Source of the DNA: Octopus bimaculoides
Lineage: Eukaryota
NCBI RefSeq assembly: GCF_001194135.2
Contig: NC_068991.1
Location: 38,452,338-38,491,288, forward strand
Length of the DNA stretch: 38,951 nucleotides
Reading direction: 5' to 3'
The notes under the pieces: generated by a model
Told to the model about the DNA's origin: nothing
Databases searched by the model: none
Seen by the model: only the letters and a program-made list of their open reading frames with translations
Program-made: the position numbers and the translations under genes
Part shown: one piece after another, positions 35,604 through 38,951 of the stretch
Layout: every line of letters starts with the position of its first letter
Numbering within the stretch: the stretch's first letter is position 1

Positions 35604-35994
35604 ATTTGAAAATATATTAAAAAAGATTTCAGTGAAAGCAGCGAAAGACGGCCATGCAGTAGATAGGTTAAAAATGGCTGTTTTAATTCACTGCTGTTTT
35701 TTCTTTATTGCTGTTCATGTTGTCATTGTTTCTTTTCCTGGTGTTGTTGTTGTTTCTGTTGTTCTAGTTGTTGTAGCTAGAATTACCGGTGTTGCTTTCA
35801 CTGCTGTCAACTCCCTAAAGGATCGCAGTAGAGCCATAATGCGTGCCTGAAAATGAAACAGTGCCGAAGCGAAGAGCTGGGTAAATATAATTAACGCCCT
35901 AGGTTCCTACCTCGTATTGTCTTACTTTACCCAACACACACATACACACACACACATCAATTCCTTCCACCGTCATTATTCTATACTCTGTCCC

Positions 35995-36011
35995 ATCGCT
36001 CTCTCTATCTC

Positions 36012-36066
<55 letters not shown>

Positions 36067-36319
36067 CTCTCTTCCTCTCTCCTGCGCTCTCCCTCTCTCT
36101 CTCTCCTTCCCTTTCTCCTCCCATTTTCTCGCCCCACCTTTGTCTGCTGCTTATTTTGCATCCATCGAGTCTCTCCTCCCTACGCCCGAATGAGAAAGGC
36201 AGGTTTACCAGCCTGCTTGCCAGTCTGCTCCTGACGAAACAGCTACTACAATTGCTAACTTTTCTGTTGCTGCTGTTAATGATGATGCTGCTGATCTGCT
36301 ATAACTGCTGCGGCTATTA

Positions 36320-36367
<48 letters not shown>

Positions 36368-36522
36368 ATGATGATCACGACGACGTCAACGACTATGACG
36401 ACGACGGCGCGGCGACGACGACGACAATGAAGAAGAAGAAGAAGAAGAAGAAGAAGAAGAAGAAGAAGAAGAAGAAGAAGAAGAAGAAGAAGAAGAAAAA
36501 GAAGAAGAAGAAGAAGAAGAAG
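35995..36522. repeat. (CT)n, (CTG)n, (GAT)n, (GAC)n and (GAA)n simple-repeat field
   Basis: Direct reading of the sequence. Confidence 0.95.
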
Positions 36523-37020
36523 TGGGGGTGATGCTAAAATTGCTGTTGACATCATCAATAGGAAAAGTATGGTTGGTAGTCAACGGATCATGTCATCGTT
36601 ACACCCACCCATTAACCACACACACTTCCCTGTACAAATATATCATCCGTGTCATGCTCACACTGCGAGAACCGAACATCCAAAGCCAGCCAGAACTGCC
36701 CGCTTTGCCTCTTCCTGTGTAAACATCGTAAAAACACCAGCTGACAGATGCAATCACAATCACGGCCGCCCTCTCTTTAACTTTTGCTGCACCAATAATT
36801 TCACCCATGCACTAAACATCATGGAAGCGTAAGCACACATAGCCTTGCAATTAACAGAAGGTCCTACAAACCCTTATTTGCTAAAACTGTTCTTAAATCG
36901 ACGTCATTGGCTAAATTCCTTAATTCTTTCTGTTTATTTTCCACAAGAAAATCCACCACGTATTTTTCTATTCATCAATCTCTAAATTTTGAATCTCTCT
37001 CTTTCTCTCTCTCTCTCTCT

Positions 37021-37056
<36 letters not shown>

Positions 37057-37494
37057 NNNNNNNNNNNNNNNNNNNNNNNNNNNNNNNNNNNNNNNNNNNN
37101 NNNNNNNNNNNNNNNNNNNNNNNNNNNNNNNNNNNNNNNNNNNNNNNNNNNNNNNNNNNNNNNNNNNNNNNNNNNNNNNNNNNNNNNNNNNNNNNNNNNN
37201 NNNNNNNNNNNNNNNNNNNNNNNNNNNNNNNNNNNNNNNNNNNNNNNNNNNNNNNNNNNNNNNNNNNNNNNNNNNNNNNNNNNNNNNNNNNNNNNNNNNN
37301 NNNNNNNNNNNNNNNNNNNNNNNNNNNNNNNNNNNNNNNNNNNNNNNNNNNNNNNNNNNNNNNNNNNNNNNNNNNNNNNNNNNNNNNNNNNNNNNNNNNN
37401 NNNNNNNNNNNNNNNNNNNNNNNNNNNNNNNNNNNNNNNNNNNNNNNNNNNNNNNNNNNNNNNNNNTATATATATATATACATATATATATATA

Positions 37495-38148
37495 TTCTTT
37501 TATTATTTTACTTGTTTCAGTCATTTGACTGCGGCCATGCTGGAGTAACGCTTTTAGTAGAACAAATTGACTCTAGGACTTATTCTTTGTAAGCCTAGTA
37601 CTTATTCTATCGGTATCTTTTGCAGAACCGCTAAGTTACGGGGACGTAAACACACCAGCATCGGTTGCCAAGCGATGATTCACCTCGAATGCCCTCAAAT
37701 GAACGTGCGAAGCCAGAATAGTATAGCAGTGAATAAATTCAATCTTTTACTATCCGGCCTAAGAATTTAAATATTTAACTTTATATATACAAGGATAAAA
37801 ATTATTAATTTCTTAGCAGTTGTCAGCATGCGTAATAAGAGTCAGAAGACATAAATGTTTTAAAATATAATAGTGTATGAGGTGAATCCTTGATGTATAA
37901 ACATGGGATTGAATGCACATGTATTTACTTTATGTTTTCGGTTCGTATTGTAGTCTCATATTTATACATTTTATAGCGACCTTACTGACCAACAACGGAT
38001 GATTAATTAATCAATTTATTTATTTATTAGTTAATTTATTTGGTCATTAATAATGAAACTGATAGGTATAAAGTTAACTAAAAATATATTCACTCAAATG
38101 TCTTACTTGCGCACAAACATAGCTAGCTAGCTAGCTAGATAGATAGAC

Positions 38149-38221
<73 letters not shown>

Positions 38222-38372
38222 CGATGGCCTTCTTTCAGTTTCCATCTACCAAATCCACTCACAATGCTTTGGTCGGCTCAAGGCTTTAGTAGAAGACACT
38301 TTCCCAAGGCGACACGCTGTGAGTCTGAACTTGGAACTATGTGGTTGGGAAGCAAACTACTTACTACACAGT
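37495..38372 (-). mobile_element. Family C SINE (minus strand) split into tail 37495-37680 and head 38222-38372, with (GATA)n and ~440 bp of AT-rich sequence between
   Basis: The halves match family C in the correct order and orientation. (GATA)n at ~38135-38221 occupies the internal microsatellite position. Confidence 0.72.
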
Positions 38373-38951
38373 AGATTTTAGATTTCTAAAAGCTACTAGA
38401 AAGATGGGCAAGGAGGGGAAAACGTAGTAAGAGAATGATAGAAAATGGAAAATGAATCGAGTATTTAGAATATTTGTAAAAAGTTTTCAGTCGTGAAATG
38501 TCTGTGAGATAAGGGCACAAACAGAGGCTATTTTAGATCGAGTCAGATGGACTCCGATCGTAACAGAACTTCTTCAAACTAAGTAAGTGAGGCGCGAAAT
38601 ACTCCTTACCATTAGCAGAATAAGGTATTACCAGACCTAGATGCTTATAAAATTCTATTAATAAGAGGTAGGGGAATGAGAAATATCTATACATTTTCAA
38701 TAGCTCTTAGCAACTTGAATCTTAATTGAATGGAACGTATCCCATTTTGATCAATAATAACACTTTACTTAGAGAGATGTAAGTCTAATAAGGAAATATA
38801 CGAAAGAAAAAATGGAAAATAAGATATTGACAATAGAAACTGTTCATAAATACATATATAATGACACACTAAAAAAATAACAATTTCTACTTTTTAAGAA
38901 AACAATACACATACGTATATATATATATATTTATATATTATATATTTTATA

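Noticed and set aside
36225-36245. CTGACGAAAC as a hammerhead core
   Set aside because: There is no room for stem II between CTGACGA and GAAA.

Overview
Animal (eukaryotic) non-coding DNA with nine N-gaps, very dense simple repeats ((TA)n, (GT)n, (TAA)n, (GATA)n, (CATA)n, (GAA)n) and many decayed transposable elements. The microsatellite load and SINE families look like an octopus/coleoid cephalopod genome; that is an inference from repeat content. I found no credible host protein-coding gene. Nearly all listed ORFs are translated microsatellites, N-gaps or TE relics. Supported features: several tRNA-derived SINE families with swappable modules; a Tx1/L1-type LINE relic; restriction-like-endonuclease (RLE) non-LTR relics (Dong/R4-like copies in TAA repeats, and a HERO/NeSL-like RT); two Penelope-like GIY-YIG relics; a piggyBac transposase pseudogene with one intact TTAA-CCC end, fused in frame to an RLE fragment; a mini-Helitron; Tc1/mariner ends and a MITE. 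The most interesting signals are a fold-back at about 34.74-34.97 kb whose two arms each carry a minimal hammerhead-ribozyme motif, further hammerhead-like relics, a 178-bp element with perfect 34-bp terminal inverted repeats, a permuted array of an unclassified TAA-tailed repeat, and template-switch hairpins inside SINEs. All family assignments are by motif recognition by eye, without database searches.
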